Of a stretch of DNA of 63,044 bases, positions 27,854 to 41,134 are shown one piece after another. Every line of letters starts with the position of its first letter. Within the stretch, counting starts at the first letter, position 1. Position numbers and translations under genes: made by a program. The DNA is from Myxococcota bacterium (GTDB taxonomy: Bacteria > Myxococcota_A > Polyangia > DASYRF01). The DNA is taken from contig DASYRF010000266.1 of the NCBI GenBank assembly GCA_036004705.1, positions 1-63,044 on the forward strand, read 5' to 3'. A model generated the notes under the pieces. That model made no database searches and was not told the DNA's origin. It saw nothing but the letters and a program-made list of their open reading frames with translations.

Positions 27854-27900
27854 GCGCGGAAACTAGCACGCCCGACCCGCGGCCGCGCTAGGATCGGTCC
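27854..27900. promoter_or_regulatory. Back-to-back divergent leaderless promoters (prs / thermonuclease)
   Basis: Minus strand TGcTAGTTT (27860-27865) is 6 nt before the prs ATG. Plus strand TAGGAT (27889-27894) is 6 nt before ATG 27901. No SD on either side. Confidence 0.6.
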
Positions 27901-28674
27901 ATGTCGCGACGCGGACCTTGGACGGCGGGGGCGGTGGCGGTGGGGGCGGTGGCGGGCGTGCTGGCGCTGGCCGGGGCGGCGCGCGAAGGCGCGGGCAAGG
28001 AGCTCGGCTCGGCCGGGGCGGTCGTGGTCGGCGGCGAGCGCCTCGAGGTGCGCTGGAACGACGGCGACACCTTCCGGATCGTGGTGGGCAGCCTCAAGGG
28101 GCGCAGCGCGCGCATGGCCGACTACAACACGCTGGAGAGCTACGGGCCGGTGCATCGCTGGGGCGCCTGGACGCGCGAGGAGCTGTTCGACATCGCGAAG
28201 TCCGCGGCGGCCGTGGCGGCGGCGTCGGCGTGGGAGTGCACCGACACCGGCTCCGGCGGCGGCTACGGGCGGCTGCTGGTGTCTTGCCCCGGCGCGGCCC
28301 GCGAGATGATCGGCCGCGGGCTCGCGCACGTGTTCGTCATCGGGCGCCCGGCCGACCCGGCGCTGCTGGCGTTGCAGGCCGACGCGCAGAAGCGGAAAGT
28401 CGGCATCTGGGCCAAGGGCGTGCCGCCGCTCCTCATCACCAGCGTCCACTCCGCCGACGAGCCGCACAAAGGCGGCGGCGACGAAGAGGGCGACCACACG
28501 TACAACCGCGTGGTCGACACTAGGACCGGGGCCGCCAGCGAGATGCCGCACGCCGAGCGCTACGATACGTGCAAGGAGGTGTGCGTGGGGCCGGCGGGCG
28601 CCGAGTCGTGCATGGTGTACGTGCCCTTCGAGCATCGCTACCGCGACAAGCCGGACTGCCTGCGCACGCCATGA
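27901..28674 (+). CDS. Secreted thermonuclease (SNase-like) family protein
   Basis: Signal-like N-terminus, WNDGDTF, ARM..YNTLE, GYGRLL, GLAHV, Q..A...KVGIW. Confidence 0.85.
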   Translation: MSRRGPWTAGAVAVGAVAGVLALAGAAREGAGKELGSAGAVVVGGERLEVRWNDGDTFRIVVGSLKGRSARMADYNTLESYGPVHRWGAWTREELFDIAKSAAAVAAASAWECTDTGSGGGYGRLLVSCPGAAREMIGRGLAHVFVIGRPADPALLALQADAQKRKVGIWAKGVPPLLITSVHSADEPHKGGGDEEGDHTYNRVVDTRTGAASEMPHAERYDTCKEVCVGPAGAESCMVYVPFEHRYRDKPDCLRTP

Positions 28675-30629
28675 GCGAGGCCGCCGTCCTGCCTGGGCCG
28701 CTGCCGGGCACGGCCATCGTGGCGGAGCTGCGGCGACACGTCGCCGCACCGCCGCTGCTGGTGTGGGCGCTCGCCGGCGACACGAACCGCTGGGACCGGC
28801 TGGTCGGGTTCTCGCCGACGACCTACCGTACCGAGCCGGTGACGGGCGACGCGCCGCCGGCGATGGGGGGGCCGGCGCCGGAGAGCGGGATGCGCCGGGT
28901 CGGTCACGCGCAGATCGCCGGCTGGGACGTGAGCTGGGTCGAGCGCGGCGAGTGGATCGAGGGCGACTTCCTGCGCGGCGAGCGCCATTTCGTGACTGGC
29001 CCGATGGTGACGGGGGGGCTGCTGGTGCGAACGAGCGCGGCCGAGGGAGGTACGCTGGTGGAGGCGTCGACGTGGTCGGTGCCGCGCTCCGAGCTGCCGC
29101 GCGGCGTGCAGGAGGCGATCCGCGGCAGCCTGGCGCGGTCGCTCGAGCGGTTCCTCGACGCAATTGCGCGCGTGCTGACGGCCGCGCCGGCGCCGGCGGC
29201 CGCCGCCGGGCTGCGTGCCGAGCCGGCCGCCACCAGCGCGCGCCGTGTCGTGCTGGCTGCCGCGCCCGACGCCGTCACGTCCGGCGCCGCCACGCCCGCG
29301 GCCGCCGAAGAGCACTTCGCCTACTGCGCCGGGCGGCTCGCCTCCGCGCCGGTGGAGCCGGTCGTGCGCGAGCGAATGCTCGCCTTCCTGCGCTCGCGAG
29401 GCGACGACGAGCTGCGCCAGATTCGGCCCTACGAAGTGGCGCGCGCCTGGGAGCTGGATCGACGCGGCGTGCTGAGCGGCTTCCTTCACGCGGCGCGCGC
29501 GGGGCTGGTCGACTTGCGCTGGCAAATCAACTGTCCGACCTGCCGTGTGGGAGCGGCCAGCGCCGAGGGGCTCGATTCCGTGGGCAAACGCGTGCACTGC
29601 GACACCTGCGACATCGACTTCGACGTCGACTTCGCCGCCAACGTCGAGGCGGTGTTTCAGGTGAACGGGGCCATCCGTCCCGTGCAGCCGGCGGTCTATT
29701 GCGCGGGCTCGCCCTGGTTCCGGCCGCACGTCTTCGCGATGCTGGTCGTCGCGCCGCGCGCCACGCGGGAGGTGACGCTGTCCTTCCCGCCCACGGTGCT
29801 GGCGGTGCGGCGCCTGGGCGGGCGGCGCCTGGTGCCGCTCCCCGGCACACCAGCGGCGCCCGGTACGCTGGACGTGCGCGTTCGCGCGGACGAGCCCGAC
29901 GTGGTGGCACGCGGCGCCGCCGTGGTCGACGCGGACGGCACCTCGCGCACGCGGCTCCGCCTCCAAAACGACTCGGCGGCGGAGGCGGTGCTGCTCGTGG
30001 AGTGGGTGGAGCGGGACGCGGACCTCGCGCTCGGCAGCGAGATCATGTCGCTGCCGGAGTTCGGCGACCTCTTCGCCGCCGAGGCGCCGGCCACCGGCGC
30101 GAACCTCACCGTCGGGGCGATGACGATGGTCTTCACCGACCTTAGCGGCACGACGGCGCTGTACCGGCGAATCGGCGATGCGCGCGCCTTCGCCCTCGTG
30201 CAAGCCCATTTCCGTGAGATGACGGCGGTGGCCGCGGCGAACGACGGGATCGTCGTGAAGACGATGGGCGACGCCATCATGGCGGCCTTCGCCGATCCGG
30301 CGCGCGCGATGGCGGCGGCGCTGGAGATGGTCGCGCGCACTCGGCGCGCCTTCGCCGCGCACGACGTGCGCCTGAAGGTCGGCCTGCACGTGGGCCCCTG
30401 TCTGGCGGTGCGCGCGAACGGCCGCCTCGACTTCTTCGGCACGACGGTGAACGTGGCGGCACGCCTCCAGGCGGCGGCGCGGCCCGATCAGATCCTCGTC
30501 GCCGCCGACCTGCTCGCCCATGCCGGCGTGGAGCGGCTCGTGCGCGAACGGGCGCTGGTGCTGGCGCACTACCAGGCGGATCTGAAGGGGCTGACCGACG
30601 AGATGCAGGTCCTGTCGCTGGACGCCTGA
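28671..30629 (+). CDS. Class III adenylate cyclase with DUF5939-like and START-like N-terminal domains
   Basis: ATGA overlap with the nuclease gene. CPTC...CDTC region, VFTDLSGTT, KTMGDAIMA, KVGLHVG, DFFGTTVNVAARLQ (Lys/Asp ATP-specifying pair). Confidence 0.88.
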   Translation: MSEAAVLPGPLPGTAIVAELRRHVAAPPLLVWALAGDTNRWDRLVGFSPTTYRTEPVTGDAPPAMGGPAPESGMRRVGHAQIAGWDVSWVERGEWIEGDFLRGERHFVTGPMVTGGLLVRTSAAEGGTLVEASTWSVPRSELPRGVQEAIRGSLARSLERFLDAIARVLTAAPAPAAAAGLRAEPAATSARRVVLAAAPDAVTSGAATPAAAEEHFAYCAGRLASAPVEPVVRERMLAFLRSRGDDELRQIRPYEVARAWELDRRGVLSGFLHAARAGLVDLRWQINCPTCRVGAASAEGLDSVGKRVHCDTCDIDFDVDFAANVEAVFQVNGAIRPVQPAVYCAGSPWFRPHVFAMLVVAPRATREVTLSFPPTVLAVRRLGGRRLVPLPGTPAAPGTLDVRVRADEPDVVARGAAVVDADGTSRTRLRLQNDSAAEAVLLVEWVERDADLALGSEIMSLPEFGDLFAAEAPATGANLTVGAMTMVFTDLSGTTALYRRIGDARAFALVQAHFREMTAVAAANDGIVVKTMGDAIMAAFADPARAMAAALEMVARTRRAFAAHDVRLKVGLHVGPCLAVRANGRLDFFGTTVNVAARLQAAARPDQILVAADLLAHAGVERLVRERALVLAHYQADLKGLTDEMQVLSLDA

Positions 30630-30687
30630 GCGGCGGCGTTGCCCGCTGCGGCGGTCCCCGCTACGATCCGGGCGACCAGGAGGAACC

Positions 30688-31458
30688 ATGGAACCGACGG
30701 GAGCACGCGGTGCGGTGCGCGCGGCCGGGCTGGCGCTCGCGCTGGCCGCCGGGGCCGCGTTGGCGCTGGGGTCCGGGGCCGGGTGCCGCTGCACCGGCGG
30801 CGGCGTAGGCGACGCCTGCGAGACGAGCGACGACTGCCGCGGCAACCTGGTCTGCGGACCGAACGGCGCTTGCGTCGAGCCGGGCGGCGGTTCGACCGAC
30901 TCGGGCGGCGGAGGCACGTCGGCCGATTCGGGCGGGGGCGGCACGTCGTCGGACTCGGGCGGCGGCGGCACGAGTGCCGACTCGGGCGGCGCAGGCGGGA
31001 CGTGCGGCGGCCTCACCGGCATGATCTGTGCGGCGGCGGCGTGGTGCGATTTCGTCGAGAACAACTGCGGCGTGGCCGACGCCACGGGTAGCTGCATTCC
31101 ACGTCCCACCGGCTGTGCGGCGACCTACGCGCCGGTCTGCGGCTGCGACGGAATGGTCTACTCGAACGATTGCACCGCGCAGGCCGCCGGACAGGACGTG
31201 AGCATCGCCGGCGGTTGCCCTGCCCCTGCGTACTATTTCGCCTGCGGGCCGCGGTTCTGCCAGACCGGCCTGGAATATTGCCAGCGCGCTCAGTCGGACA
31301 CGCCGCCACTCCCCGACGCCTACAGTTGCATGCCACTGCCCCCCGCCTGCGCGACGGGCGGTGCGCCCACCTGCGCCTGCCTCGCCGCCGAGACGTGCGG
31401 CGCGATGTGCACCGAGGCCAACCCCGGCGAGCTCACGCTCACCTGTGCCGGCGGCTGA
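30688..31458 (+). CDS. Cys-rich lipoprotein with Kazal-like motif
   Basis: GGAGG RBS, lipobox GAGC, YAPVCGCDGMVYSNDC Kazal-type motif, further Cys modules. Confidence 0.8.
   Translation: MEPTGARGAVRAAGLALALAAGAALALGSGAGCRCTGGGVGDACETSDDCRGNLVCGPNGACVEPGGGSTDSGGGGTSADSGGGGTSSDSGGGGTSADSGGAGGTCGGLTGMICAAAAWCDFVENNCGVADATGSCIPRPTGCAATYAPVCGCDGMVYSNDCTAQAAGQDVSIAGGCPAPAYYFACGPRFCQTGLEYCQRAQSDTPPLPDAYSCMPLPPACATGGAPTCACLAAETCGAMCTEANPGELTLTCAGG
30898..31002 (+). repeat. 27-bp coding tandem repeat (DSGGGGTSA) x about 4
   Basis: Units start at 30898, 30925, 30952 and 30979. Confidence 0.85.
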
Positions 31459-31603
31459 GTCGCGGCACGGCGGAGTGGTCGCCTCGACTTTGGCGCTCCT
31501 TCACGTCCTCCGAGCGGGCTCGGGCCGGCGCCGCCTGGCACGCGCGGTGTTACGTTAGGCGGAGCGCCGGGGGCTGTCCGCCTCCGGACACAAGGAGGAA
31601 GCC

Positions 31604-31987
31604 ATGAGTCACTTGCTCACCGCGAACTCGTTGACGCAGCTCCTGGTCGCCGCGATCCTCGGCGGCGTGGCCGTGCTCATCGTCGCCAAGATCGTGCCGG
31701 GCTTCCAGCTGAAAGGCGGGCTCGGCAGCGCCATCGCCGTGGCGGTGGTGTACGGCGTGCTGAAGGCCGTGCTGCAGCGCCTGCTGATACTGGTGTCGCT
31801 GCCGCTCGTGCTCCTGACCCTCGGCATCTTCATCCTCATCATCAACGCCTTCATCCTCTGGCTCACCTCGGTGTTGCTGTCGAACTTCGAGGTGAAGTCC
31901 AAGACGGCGCTGGTCGTGGGGGCGTTCTTGCTGGCGGTGATCGACTGGCTCTTCACGTTCTTCGTGCAGCACGGCGCCATTTACTAG
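31604..31987 (+). CDS. YvlD/DUF360 (4-TM phage-holin superfamily IV-like) membrane protein
   Basis: AGGAGG RBS. Four hydrophobic segments with LPLVLLTLGIFILIINA motif (127 aa). Confidence 0.85.
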   Translation: MSHLLTANSLTQLLVAAILGGVAVLIVAKIVPGFQLKGGLGSAIAVAVVYGVLKAVLQRLLILVSLPLVLLTLGIFILIINAFILWLTSVLLSNFEVKSKTALVVGAFLLAVIDWLFTFFVQHGAIY

Positions 31988-32006
31988 CGGCCAGGCCGTC
32001 GCGCGC

Positions 32007-33620
32007 TCACGGGCAGCCGGCGCCGCCCGGCACCAGATCCTCGCACTGCCAGCAGTAGCCTGCCGCGCCGACGGCGGCATAGTACGAGGTAGCGGCCGCG
32101 CCGGCGGCGACCGTCGCGTCGGCGCACTCGTAGTCGAACGCGTCGCCGCGGGCGGTGTCGCAGGTCGAGTTGCCGCCGTCCACGGTGCAGGCCGCCGCGC
32201 ACAGGTTCACCGCGCCGCCCGTCGCCGCCGGGCACACCGAGCCCGCCGGGCACGTCCACTGCGGATCGGTGAACGAGCCGCAGTAGTACTGCGTGCAGTA
32301 GCCGCCGGGGCCGCTGGTGGCGCTGGCGTTGCACCAGGAGTACGGCGGGCAGTCGAGCATGTCGCTGCAGGGCGCTCCGATGGCGGCGGCGCCGGCGGCG
32401 TGGTCCGGGTAGCAGAGGTGCTGCGTCGCGTCGCACGCGATGTTCGCCGCCGCGGAGCAGGTCGCGTCGCTGCTGCAGGTCGTGGCGCCGTCGCTGCACA
32501 GGCTCGTCGTCGTGTCGCAGTAGTTGCACAGCGCGTCCGAGACGCAGCCGACCCAGCAGTACCCGTCGGCAGGATCGTCCAGACGCGGGTAGCAGGCATA
32601 GCCATAGGTCGTGCTGGCGTCGGCACGGCAGCCGCCGAGCCCGCCGGAGGACGGCGTGCAGGCCGGCAGGCAGAGATTCAGGCTGCCCCCCATGCCGTCG
32701 TCGAACGGCTCGCACCGCGACGGGGCCGGGCAGTCGTCGCCGCCGCCGGGGAAGATGGTGCAGTCGAGCACGAGGCAGAAGCCGCCCGGCACCGACGACG
32801 AGGCCTCGTCCAGGCAGAAGACCGTCTGGCCGAGCGCGCCGGGCGCACAGTCCGAGCTGACCACGCACGGGTCGCCGGGCGCGGCCGTGCCGCTGCCGAT
32901 GATTTGGCAGAAGCCGTCGCAGGTGACGAAGTCGGGGGGATCGCACGTCTCGCCCGGATCGATGAAGCCGTTGCCGCAGCTCGAGAACAGGATCCGACAG
33001 CCGAAGTCGCAGGTGACGCCGTCAGGAGGGTCGCATTCCTCGCCGGGATCTATGATGCCGTCGCCGCAGAACCCGCCCAGGAGCACGCATCCCGCGCCGC
33101 AGGAGAAGCCGTCTGGCGGGTCGCACTGCTCCGGCGGCTCGACGAGGCCGTTGCCGCAGGCGCCGCCGCCGATGCTCTGACAGCTGGAGCTGCAGGTGGA
33201 AGTATTGGGCGGCTCGCATTGCTCGCCGGCGCCGACGACGCCGTCGCCGCAGAGCCCGCCGCCGCCAATCGTCATGCAGGCTGCGTTGCACGTGGAGGTG
33301 CTGGGCGGCTCGCATTGCTCGGGCGGTTGGACCACGCCGTCGCCGCAGCCGGGTCCGCCGATCGTCATGCAGGTCGGGCCGCAGGTGGCCGAGTTGGGGG
33401 GCTCACACTGCTCCGGCGCGGTCACGACGAAGTCGCCGCAGACGGCGCCCACGTGGCAGTCCTGGTCGCAGCCCTGCGACCCGGGCGGCTCGCAGTCCTC
33501 GTCGCCGTTCACGCGGCCGTCGCCGCAGCGCGCGGCGCCGAACGTGCACCCGGGCGCGGTCGCGGCGCCCAGCGCGGTGGTGGCGAGCAGCAGCGGCAAG
33601 GCGAGCTTGGTCGAGCCCAT
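32007..33620 (-). CDS. Lipoprotein with myxobacterial Cys-rich repeats (DUF4215-like)
   Basis: GGAGG RBS, lipobox APGC, about 8 repeats of CG(D/N)G.V...E.C(E/D)PP...TC...C, Cys-rich C-terminal region (537 aa). Confidence 0.85.
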   Translation of the reverse strand: MGSTKLALPLLLATTALGAATAPGCTFGAARCGDGRVNGDEDCEPPGSQGCDQDCHVGAVCGDFVVTAPEQCEPPNSATCGPTCMTIGGPGCGDGVVQPPEQCEPPSTSTCNAACMTIGGGGLCGDGVVGAGEQCEPPNTSTCSSSCQSIGGGACGNGLVEPPEQCDPPDGFSCGAGCVLLGGFCGDGIIDPGEECDPPDGVTCDFGCRILFSSCGNGFIDPGETCDPPDFVTCDGFCQIIGSGTAAPGDPCVVSSDCAPGALGQTVFCLDEASSSVPGGFCLVLDCTIFPGGGDDCPAPSRCEPFDDGMGGSLNLCLPACTPSSGGLGGCRADASTTYGYACYPRLDDPADGYCWVGCVSDALCNYCDTTTSLCSDGATTCSSDATCSAAANIACDATQHLCYPDHAAGAAAIGAPCSDMLDCPPYSWCNASATSGPGGYCTQYYCGSFTDPQWTCPAGSVCPAATGGAVNLCAAACTVDGGNSTCDTARGDAFDYECADATVAAGAAATSYYAAVGAAGYCWQCEDLVPGGAGCP

Positions 33621-33759
33621 GAGTTCCTCCAGAGTACCGGTCGGCGTGGTTTCGGGCATTGGTTGCGCCAGGCCGCGCGCGCGTTCGAAGCGTCGCCGCC
33701 CCTCGCGCATTGCCGCCGCTGGAGGGGGGAGACATAATCCTCCGGGCGTAGGAGGATCG

Positions 33760-34770
33760 ATGGAGACCGGGGACGAGCTGCGCTGCAGTCGCTGCGGGTC
33801 GCGCGAGCTGGCGCTGCGCGGGGCCGGTTATCGCTGCTGGCGCTGCGGGGCGCGCGTCGAGCGGCCCGACCCATTGCCGTCGCCCGCGCCGCCGCGGCCG
33901 GTCGCACCACCCCCGGCCGATACCACGGCGTCGGCCTCCGCCCAGACGACGGCCGCGCCGGGCGATCCGCCGCGAGCGCGCGCGGAGCCCGAGCCCGCTG
34001 CAGCGCCCGGCGGGCTGCCCGAGCCGCCGTTTGGTCCGTTCGCCTCGCCCGCCGCCGTACCGATCGACGTGCCCGAGGAGGAGCGCTTCGTCGTGCCGCT
34101 GTCGGTGCCGCGCGACGACGGCGAGCGCATCGCCCGCGAAGCGATCCGCGGCGGTTTCTTCCGTCCCGCCGACATCGACGGCGCAGTGCTCGCGCCCCTC
34201 GCCCTGGTGTGGGCGCCGTACTGGCGCATCGACGCGGGCGTGGAAGGCTTCCACGTCGGCCTTACGCACGTCGGCGGCGGCGGCCCGCGCGGGCGCGGAT
34301 CGATGGTCCTCCCCACGGGGGGGTTCCGCCACCGCGACGAAGTGCTGCTGGTCCCCGCGCGCCGCTTCCTCGCCTTTGACACCGCGCGGGAGCTCGTCAT
34401 CCGCGTGGAGGAGATGGTGGCGCGCGCGCAGCACCCCATCGCCGAGGGCGAGGTGGTCGAGCCGGACGTCACGCGCCTGCAGGCCGAAGAAGAAGCCAAG
34501 CGGCGGTTGCGCCAGCGCGTGCAGCCGTCGAGCGCGCTGTACGCTCGCTACGAGGCGCAAGTGCGCTCGGCGGCGCTCGTTCATTATCCCCTGTGGCTCG
34601 CGCGCTACCGCTACCGCGGCCAGGCCACGAGCGATCTGGCGCCGGTGGAGTGTCACGTCGCGGTCTCCGGTCGCTCCGGCGAGATCGTCAGCGCCCGCCA
34701 CCCGTCCGCGTGGCGGGCCGCGTTCGGCAAGGTCAAGCGCTTCTTCGGAGCGACCGACGCCGCCGAGTGA
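33760..34770 (+). CDS. Zn-ribbon-containing hypothetical protein
   Basis: GGAGG RBS. CSRC/CWRC, Pro-rich linker, then a globular domain (W.PYW, HYPLW) (336 aa). Confidence 0.75.
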   Translation: METGDELRCSRCGSRELALRGAGYRCWRCGARVERPDPLPSPAPPRPVAPPPADTTASASAQTTAAPGDPPRARAEPEPAAAPGGLPEPPFGPFASPAAVPIDVPEEERFVVPLSVPRDDGERIAREAIRGGFFRPADIDGAVLAPLALVWAPYWRIDAGVEGFHVGLTHVGGGGPRGRGSMVLPTGGFRHRDEVLLVPARRFLAFDTARELVIRVEEMVARAQHPIAEGEVVEPDVTRLQAEEEAKRRLRQRVQPSSALYARYEAQVRSAALVHYPLWLARYRYRGQATSDLAPVECHVAVSGRSGEIVSARHPSAWRAAFGKVKRFFGATDAAE

Positions 34771-34863
34771 GCCGCCGCTGTTCCATTGGCGGCCGGCTGT
34801 TACATTGGCAGGAATCGACCGGGGCGCCGGGGCGCGCCATAGGATGGTGGCCAGAGACGCCCG

Positions 34864-35366
34864 ATGACCACGACCGCGAGCACGATCACGACCGCAGCGC
34901 CGGCGCAGGAGGACGCGGCGGTGGCGTCTGGGGCAGCGGTCGACTTGACCGCCGCCGGCGAAGACGCCCACGGGCGGCCGGCCGCCGGCCGCTGGGCGCG
35001 GCGCGCCGTCTTGGGGCTGAACCTCCTGCTGGGCGCCGACGCGCTGGTGATGGGCACGGGCCACATCGTCGGTGTGGCCGCCAAGTACGCGCAGGCGCCC
35101 GGCCCCTTCGTCTACGACTTCCGCGCCTACAGCCTGATGCTGCTGGGCGCCGTCATCGCCGTGCCGGGAGCGGCGCTGGCCTTCGCCACGCGCGGTCTCG
35201 CCCGCGGAGAGCGCGGGCCGTTCCGCCTGGCGGTGGCGCTGACGCTGTGGCTGCTGGCGGTCACGGCGCCGGCGCTGCCGCTCGTGCCCGGCACCATGCC
35301 GTTCATCGCGGCGCTGAACCTGGGCGCCCTCTGGCTCGGGCGCGCACGCCTGCTGGCGGGCACTGC

Positions 35367-35370
<4 letters not shown>
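34864..35370 (+). CDS. Hypothetical membrane protein (about 4 TM)
   Basis: Hydrophobic 168-aa ORF coupled by ATGA overlap to the ABC gene. Confidence 0.65.
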
Positions 35371-37223
<1,853 letters not shown>

Positions 37224-38070
37224 GAGTTCTGCGTGGGCTTTCCGCTGGCGCAGTTGCGCGCCTTCGACTCGCCGCACGGCGCGTCCTGGTCGCGGAACGT
37301 GCGCGGCCCGCAGCCAGACGCGTAGCTCATCGGGTCGCTGCACAGCATCTCGTGGTCGAGCCCGTAGGTGTGGGCGATCTCCATCGCCGCCGTGTCGCAC
37401 ACGGCGTCGGGGCGCTCGCGCATCTTGCGGCTGAAGGCGAACACGACGCCGTCCTCGATGACCGCGCCGCTCCACGGAGCCAGCCCGCTCACGGTCTTCT
37501 TCTCGCCGACCAGCGCCGGGTCGCCGCCCACCATCAGCATCACGTAGCGCTGGCCCGGCGGGCGCATGTCGGTGACGGTCACGTCGAACGGCTCGAAGTG
37601 CCTTCGCAAGCAGGCGCCGATGGCGTCCCATTGCGCCGGCGTGCCGCGGTACGGCGGCGCCGTCAACTCGTCCTTCCCCGCCGCGGCCACGATGCTGGAG
37701 TGGTTTGCGCGGGCGTCGTCCTTGCCGGCGTGCAACACCGCGCCCTCGCGATTCAGGTAGATGACGTGCATCACCTCCTCGTCGCCCGCGAAGATCGTCC
37801 TCAGCGCGAAATGGGCGTCGTCGTGGTCGTGGCCGTCGTCGCCCGGCGGGTCACCAGGCTCGACGCCGTCGCCGCCGCCGGCGGCGTCGTCTTCCCAGGC
37901 CCAATGCCACTCGTAACCGCGCGCGCGCATCCGTTGCAGGGTGAAGGCGCCGATCGCGACCACGGCCGCCAGGAGCACCGCCAGCACCGCGAAAGTGATC
38001 GCCCAGCCGCGCATCGCGCTGAAGGTATCATGGGCGGGACGACTCGACCCGGCTGGCGCCGGTCGGCGCG

Positions 38071-39357
38071 CTAGAACTGCTCGGCTTCGGTGGACTCGGC
38101 GAGGGCCACCGTGCTGGCGGCGCCGCCCGCGATGACCTGGGCCACCTCGTCGAAGTAGCCCGTCCCGACCTCGCGCTGGTGGCGCGTGGCGGTATAGCCG
38201 TCGGCCTCGGCGGCGAATTCCGCCTCTTGCAGCTCGACGTACGCGGCCATCCCGCGGGCGCGGTAGTCGCGCGCGAGCTCGTACATGCCCAGGTTCAATG
38301 CGTGGAAGCCCGCGAGGGTCACGAACTGGAAGCGGTAGCCCATGGCCCCCAGCTCGCGCTGGAACGCAGCGATCCGCGCGTCGCCCAGGTGCTTCTTCCA
38401 GTTGAACGACGGGGAGCAGTTGTAGGCGAGCAACTTCCCCGGATGGCGTTCGTGCACCGCCTCGGCGAACCAGCGCGCCTCGTCGAGGTCCGGGTGCGAC
38501 GTCTCGCACCAGAGCACGTCCGCGTAGGGCGCGTAGGCGACCGCCCGCGCGATCGCCGCCTCCAGACCGCCGCGGAAGCGGTGGAAACCCTCGGCCGTGC
38601 GCTCGCCGGTGACGAACGCGCGGTCGCGCGGGTCGACGTCGCTGGTCAGCAGCTTCGCGCTGTCGGCGTCGGTGCGCGCCACCAGCACGGTGGGCACGCC
38701 GCAGACGTCCGCCGCCAGGCGCGCCGCCACGAGCGTGCGGATGAACTGGCGCGTCGGCACCAGCACCTTGCCGCCCATGTGTCCGCACTTCTTCTCCGAG
38801 GCGAGCTGGTCTTCGAAGTGCACGCCCGCCGCGCCGGCGTCGATCATCGCCTTCATCAGCTCGAACGCGTTGAGCGGGCCGCCGAACCCCGCTTCGGCGT
38901 CGGCCACGATGGGCGCGAACCAGCGGCGCTCCCCGCCGCGCCCCTCGGCCGTCTCGATCTGGTCGGCGCGCGCCATGGCCTGGTTCACGCGCCGCACCAC
39001 CTCGGGAACGCTGTTCGCCGGGTAGAGGCTCTGGTCCGGGTACATCGCCCCGGCGGTGTTGTTGTCCGCCGCCACCTGCCAGCCGCTGAGATAGACCGCT
39101 TCCAAGCCGGCGCGTACCTGCTGCACGGCCTGGTTTCCGGTCAGCGCGCCGAGCGCCGCGACGTAAGGCCGCTCGTGGAGCAGCTCCCACAGCCGCAGCG
39201 CGCCGAGCCGCGCCAGCGTGTGCTCGATACGCACCGACCCGCGCAGCCGCGCCACGTCCTCCGGGCGGTACGGGCGCACCACGCCGTCCCAGCGGCCGCG
39301 CGGCACCGTCTCGGCGTGACCAGGCTCCTGCTCGTAGAGATCGTAGGCGACGGACAT
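38071..39357 (-). CDS. aceA: Isocitrate lyase
   Basis: [59 protein letters not shown] (428 aa). Confidence 0.97.
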   Translation of the reverse strand: MSVAYDLYEQEPGHAETVPRGRWDGVVRPYRPEDVARLRGSVRIEHTLARLGALRLWELLHERPYVAALGALTGNQAVQQVRAGLEAVYLSGWQVAADNNTAGAMYPDQSLYPANSVPEVVRRVNQAMARADQIETAEGRGGERRWFAPIVADAEAGFGGPLNAFELMKAMIDAGAAGVHFEDQLASEKKCGHMGGKVLVPTRQFIRTLVAARLAADVCGVPTVLVARTDADSAKLLTSDVDPRDRAFVTGERTAEGFHRFRGGLEAAIARAVAYAPYADVLWCETSHPDLDEARWFAEAVHERHPGKLLAYNCSPSFNWKKHLGDARIAAFQRELGAMGYRFQFVTLAGFHALNLGMYELARDYRARGMAAYVELQEAEFAAEADGYTATRHQREVGTGYFDEVAQVIAGGAASTVALAESTEAEQF

Positions 39358-39398
39358 GCGGATCTCCTTGGTGCGCTGGTTCCCGGACGTTGGTCCGT

Positions 39399-40988
<1,590 letters not shown>

Positions 40989-41039
40989 GGCTCTATGTCG
41001 CTCCGCGTCGTGACAACGCATATCTTTCTTTGTGCGATG

Positions 41040-41134
41040 CGGCTCGTCAAAGGAATTAGTCAATTCAATCAGTTAATGACGTGCAACGAAGTAAACGCCT
41101 TGTTGTCTGTTTGTAAATCGTGTAACTTTTCGGG
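41040..41134. promoter_or_regulatory. AT-rich aceB/ramB divergent control region with candidate operator repeats
   Basis: TTTGTAAA (41110-41117) plus repeated GTCAA/GCAA/GTAA boxes. TAACTT (41123-41128) lies 6 nt before ATG 41135. Confidence 0.45.

Noticed and set aside
27901-30629. Pycsar/CBASS-like cyclase-effector defence system
   Set aside because: The cyclase has ATP-specifying Lys/Asp and the nuclease has an export signal, which does not match a cytoplasmic second-messenger effector.
31604-31987. Holin as evidence of a prophage
   Set aside because: YvlD/DUF360-type 4-TM proteins are common chromosomal genes, and no endolysin or phage genes are nearby.
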